From NCBI GenBank assembly GCA_035084275.1, contig CM068769.1:1550001-1614000 (forward strand): 64,000 bases of DNA, read 5' to 3'. The position numbers and the translations under genes are program-made. A model generated the notes under the pieces. That model searched no databases. It was not told the origin of the DNA and saw nothing but the letters and a program-made list of their open reading frames with translations. The first letter of the stretch is position 1. The number at the start of each line of letters is the position of its first letter. This document shows, in pieces, positions 59,385-64,000 of the stretch. The stretch comes from Hydrolagus colliei. Its lineage: Eukaryota.

Positions 59385-62300
59385 AAAAACACACACACAC
59401 AGAGATTGGGAGAGTGACACACACGCACAGAGATTGGGAGAGAGAGAGGCACACACACACACAGACTGGGAGAGAGACACACATGCACACACAGACTGGG
59501 AGACAGACACACACACACAGAATGGGATAGAGGGACACACACACACAGACTGGGAGAGAGAGACACACACACAGAGAGAGACTGGGAGAGAGAGAGACAC
59601 ACACAGACTGGGGGAGAGAGACACACACACACAGACTGAAAGAGAGAGACGCACTCACACAGAGTAGGAGAGCCTGTGGGAAAGAGAGAGACACACACAC
59701 AGAGAGAGACTGGGAGAGAGAGAGCAACACACACACAGTCTGAGAGAGAGAGAGAGAGAGAGAGACACACAGAGTGGGAGAGAGACAAACACACACACAG
59801 ATTGGGAGAGAGACACACACACAGACTGGGAGGGAGAAAGAGACACACACACACAGACTGGCAGAGAGACACACACAGACTGAGAGAGAAAGACACACAC
59901 ACACACATAGAGCCTGGGAGAGAGAGACACACACTGACTGGGAGGGAGAAAGAGACACACACACACAGACTGGCAGAGAGACACACACAGACTGAGAGAG
60001 AAAGACACACACACACATAGAGACTGGGAGAGAGAGACACACACTGACTGGGAGAGAGAGACACACGCAGGGAATGGGAGAGAGAGAGCGAGAGACACAC
60101 ACAGAGACTGGGAGAGAGCGAGACACGCACACATGCACACACACAGACTGGGAGAGAGAGACACACACACATACTGGGAGAGAAAAAGTGAGACANNNNN
60201 NNNNNNNNNNNNNNNNNNNNNNNNNNNNNNNNNNNNNNNNNNNNNNNNNNNNNNNNNNNNNNNNNNNNNNNNNNNNNNNNNNNNNNNNNNNNNNNNNNNN
60301 NNNNNNNNNNNNNNNNNNNNNNNNNNNNNNNNNNNNNNNCACACAGAGACTGGGAGAGAGAGACAGACACATACACACACAGATTGGGAGAGAGAGACAC
60401 AAACACACACAGACTGAGAGAGAGACACACACACAGCGACTGGGAGAGAGAGAGACACACACAGACTGGGAGAGAGAGACACACACACACACAGACTGGG
60501 AGAGAGAGACATACACACACACAGAATGGCAGAGAGAGAGACACACACACACACACAGACTGCGAGAGAGAGAGACACACACACACAGACTGAGAGAGAG
60601 ACACACACACAGAGACTGGGAGAGAGACACACACACAGAGACTGGGAGAGACACACACACACACAGACTGGGAGTGAGATACACACACAGATTGGGAGAG
60701 ACTGGGAGAGAGAGAGACACACACACACAGACTGGGATAGAGAGACACACACACGCAGAATGGGAGAGAGACAAACACACACANNNNNNNNNNNNNNNNN
60801 NNNNNNNNNNNNNNNNNNNNNNNNNNNNNNNNNNNNNNNNNNNNNNNNNNNNNNNNNNNNNNNNNNNNNNNNNNNNNNNNNNNNNNNNNNNNNNNNNNNN
60901 NNNNNNNNNNNNNNNNNNNNNNNNNNNNNNNNNNNNNNNNNNNNNNNNNNNNNNNNNNNNNNNNNNNNCACAGACACACAGACTGTGAGGGAGAGAGACA
61001 CACACACATAGAGACTGGTAAAGAGAGAGAGAGACACACACACACATAGAATGGGAGAGAGAGACACACACACACACAGACTGAGGGAGAGAGACACCCA
61101 CACACACAGACTGGGAGAGAGACACACAGAGACACACAGACTGCGAGACAGAGACACACAGACTGGGAGAGAGAGAGACAGACTGGGAGAGAGAGACACA
61201 CACACACAGACTGGGAGAGAGAGATACACACACACAGACTGGGAGAGATAGACACGCATACACACAGACTGGGAGAGAGAAATACACACACATACACAGA
61301 CTGTGAGAGTGAGACACACATATAGACTGGGGGGGAGAGAGACACACACAGATTGGGAGAGAGAGACACTCACACACAGACTGAGAGAGAGACACACACA
61401 CACACACACACACAGACTGGGAGAAACTCTGGGAGACACACACACACACACACACTGACTGGGAGAGAGAGAGGCACACACACACAGACTGAGAGATAGA
61501 GAGACACACACACACACAGACTGGGAGAGAGACACACACACACAGACTGGAAAGGAGAGAGAGAGACACACGCACACAGAGATTGGGAGAGAGACACACA
61601 CATAGAGATTGGGAGAGAGAGACACACACACACAGAGACTGGGAGAGAGAGACACACACACACACACACACTGGGAGAGAGAGAGACACACACACACTAA
61701 CTCTGAGAGAGAGAGAGACATACACACAGACTGAGAGACACACACACACACATACACACAGATTGGGAGAGAGAGACACACACACACAGAGACTGAGAGA
61801 GACACACACATACTGGAAGAGAGAGAGATACGCACACACACATACTGGGAGTGAGAGAGACACACACAGAGATTGGGAGAGAGAGACACCCACACACACA
61901 GAGAGACTGGGAGAGGGAGAGACACACACACACACAGACTGAATTACACACANNNNNNNNNNNNNNNNNNNNNNNNNNNNNNNNNNNNNNNNNNNNNNNN
62001 NNNNNNNNNNNNNNNNNNNNNNNNNNNNNNNNNNNNNNNNNNNNNNNNNNNNNNNNNNNNNNNNNNNNNNNNNNNNNNNNNNNNNNNNNNNNNNNNNNNN
62101 NNNNNNNNNNNNNNNNNNNNNNNNNNNNNNNNNNNNNNNNNNNNNGACACACACACAAACACATATAGATTGGGAGAGCGACACACACACAGAGATTGGT
62201 AGAGAGACACACACACACACACATATTGGGAGAGAGAGACACACACACACACACAGAGACTGGGAGAGAGAGACACACACATACACAGACTGAGATAAAT

Positions 62301-64000
62301 ACATATACACACAGACTGAGAGAGACACACACATACTGGAAGAGACAGAGATACGCAAACACACATACTGGGAGAGAGAGAGACACACACAGAGATTGGG
62401 AGAGAGAGACACCCACACACACACAGAGACTAGGAGAGAGAGAGACACACACAAACACACAAAGATTGGGAGAGAGAGAGTCACACACACACAGATACTG
62501 AGAGAGACACACGCACACACAAACTGGGAGAGAGAGACACGCACGCACACACAGAATGGGAGAGAGAGAGACACACACACACAGAGAGAGACTGGGAGGG
62601 AGACACACACACACACGCAGACTGGGGGAGAGAGAGACACACACACACACAGAGAGATTGGGAGAGAGAGACACACACACAGATTGGGAGAGAGAGACAC
62701 ACACATACAGAGACTGAGAGAGAGAGAGTCACACACACACACACACATACTGGAAGAGAGAGAGACACGCACACACACAGACTGAGAGACACACGCACAC
62801 ACACACAAAGATTGGGAGAGAGAGAGTCACAAACACACGGATACTGAGAGAGAGAGACACATACACACAGAGACTGGGAGAGAGAGACACACACATAAAC
62901 TGGGAGACACACACACACACGGACTGGGAGAGAGACACACACACAGACTGGGAGAGACTGGGAGAGAGAGACACACACACACACAGACTGGGAGAGAGAC
63001 ACACACACACAGAGACTGGGAGAGAGAGAGACACACACACACACAGACTGGGAGAGACTGGGTGAGAGAGACACACACACAGACTGGGAGAGAGACACAC
63101 ACACACAGCGACTGGGAGAGAGAGACACACACACACACAGACTGAGAGAGACACACACACACACATAGACTGATAGAGAGACACACACACACATACTGGA
63201 AGTGAGAGAGAGACACACACACAGACTGGGAGAGAGACACACACACACACACACAGAGACTGAGAGACACACACACACAAAGATTGGGAGAGAGAGAGAC
63301 ACACACACACACACACAGACTGAGAGACACACACACACAAAGATTGGGAGAGAGAGAGTCACACACACACAGATACTGAGAGAGACACACGCACACACAA
63401 ACTGTGAGAGAGAGGGACACGCACGCACACACAGAATGGGAGAGAGAGAGACACACACACACAGAGACTGGGAGAGAGAGACACACAAACACACGCAGAC
63501 TGGGAGAGAGAGACACACACACACACACACACAGGGAGAGCGACACACACACAGAGAGATTGGGAGAGAGAGAGACACACACACACACACACAGAGATTG
63601 GGAGAGAGAGACACACACATACACACAGAGACTGGATGAGAGAGAGAGACACACGTACACAGACTGAGAGAAAGACACATACACACAGACTGAGAGAGAC
63701 ACACACACACATACACGCAGATTGGGAGAGAGAGACACGCACACACAGATACTGAGAGAGAGAGACACACACACACACACATACTGGAAGAGAGAGAGAC
63801 ACGCACACACACAGACTGAGAGACACACGCACACACACACAAAGATTGGGAGAGAGAGAGTCACACACACACGGATACTGAGAGAGAGAGACACACACAC
63901 ACAGAGACTGGGAGAGAGAGACACACACATCAACTGGGAGACACACGCAAACACAGACTGGGAGAGAGACACACACACAGACTGGGAGAGAGAGAGACAC
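59385..64000. repeat. Complex GA/CA satellite, ~24-32-bp unit GACTGGGAGAGAGAGACACACACACA, with several N gaps
   Basis: Continuous degenerate tandem array; the source of all V/C/S/L-rich and E/R/T/H-rich ORFs here. Confidence 0.97.

Noticed and set aside
59180-64000. Very long ORFs (up to 1141 aa) rich in V/C/S/L or E/R/T/H
   Set aside because: Translations of the GA/CA satellite and N gaps; no stop codons arise from the repeat alphabet.
1-64000. CRISPR arrays, rRNA, prokaryotic operons suggested by the ORF track's alternative starts
   Set aside because: The sequence is intron-containing vertebrate DNA; no repeat-spacer arrays or rRNA similarity were seen.

Overview
Vertebrate genomic DNA, most likely from a cartilaginous fish (shark, ray or chimaera). 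That assignment is inferred from a NAR-TCR-type cassette, Deu-domain tRNA-SINEs and L2/CR1 LINEs. The window covers part of the variable-segment array of a T-cell receptor alpha/delta-type locus, and every segment lies on the minus strand. I find 16 V-type exons. Fourteen are conventional TCR V segments (9 with intact leader plus open V exon, of which 3 have atypical residues or a dead RSS; 5 are pseudogenes). Thirteen of these have an identifiable 21-23-bp-spacer recombination signal sequence (RSS). The other two V exons belong to a decayed NAR-TCR-type doubly rearranging cassette at about 13.0-16.1 kb: leader, IgNAR-like V (22-RSS), one D (12/12 RSS), J (23-RSS), and an apparently leaderless supporting TCR V (23-RSS). 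Both non-canonical cysteines of that cassette are still present. No TCR D/J/C for the second rearrangement is in the window; by orientation it should lie below coordinate 1. Intergenic DNA is dense with L2 and CR1 LINE fragments, Deu-domain SINEs, simple repeats, several N gaps and a 4.6-kb GA/CA satellite at the right end. The long low-complexity ORFs are artefacts of these repeats. Less expected signals: tRNA-SINE heads (Pol III A/B boxes) starting just past the RSS nonamer in three unrelated V lineages; co-oriented CTCF-like motifs; a chimeric CR1 made by unequal crossover that duplicated a CTCF-like site; a thrice-repeated two-V module; and a satellite whose unit resembles a 12-RSS. All alignments were done by eye; no database searches were run.
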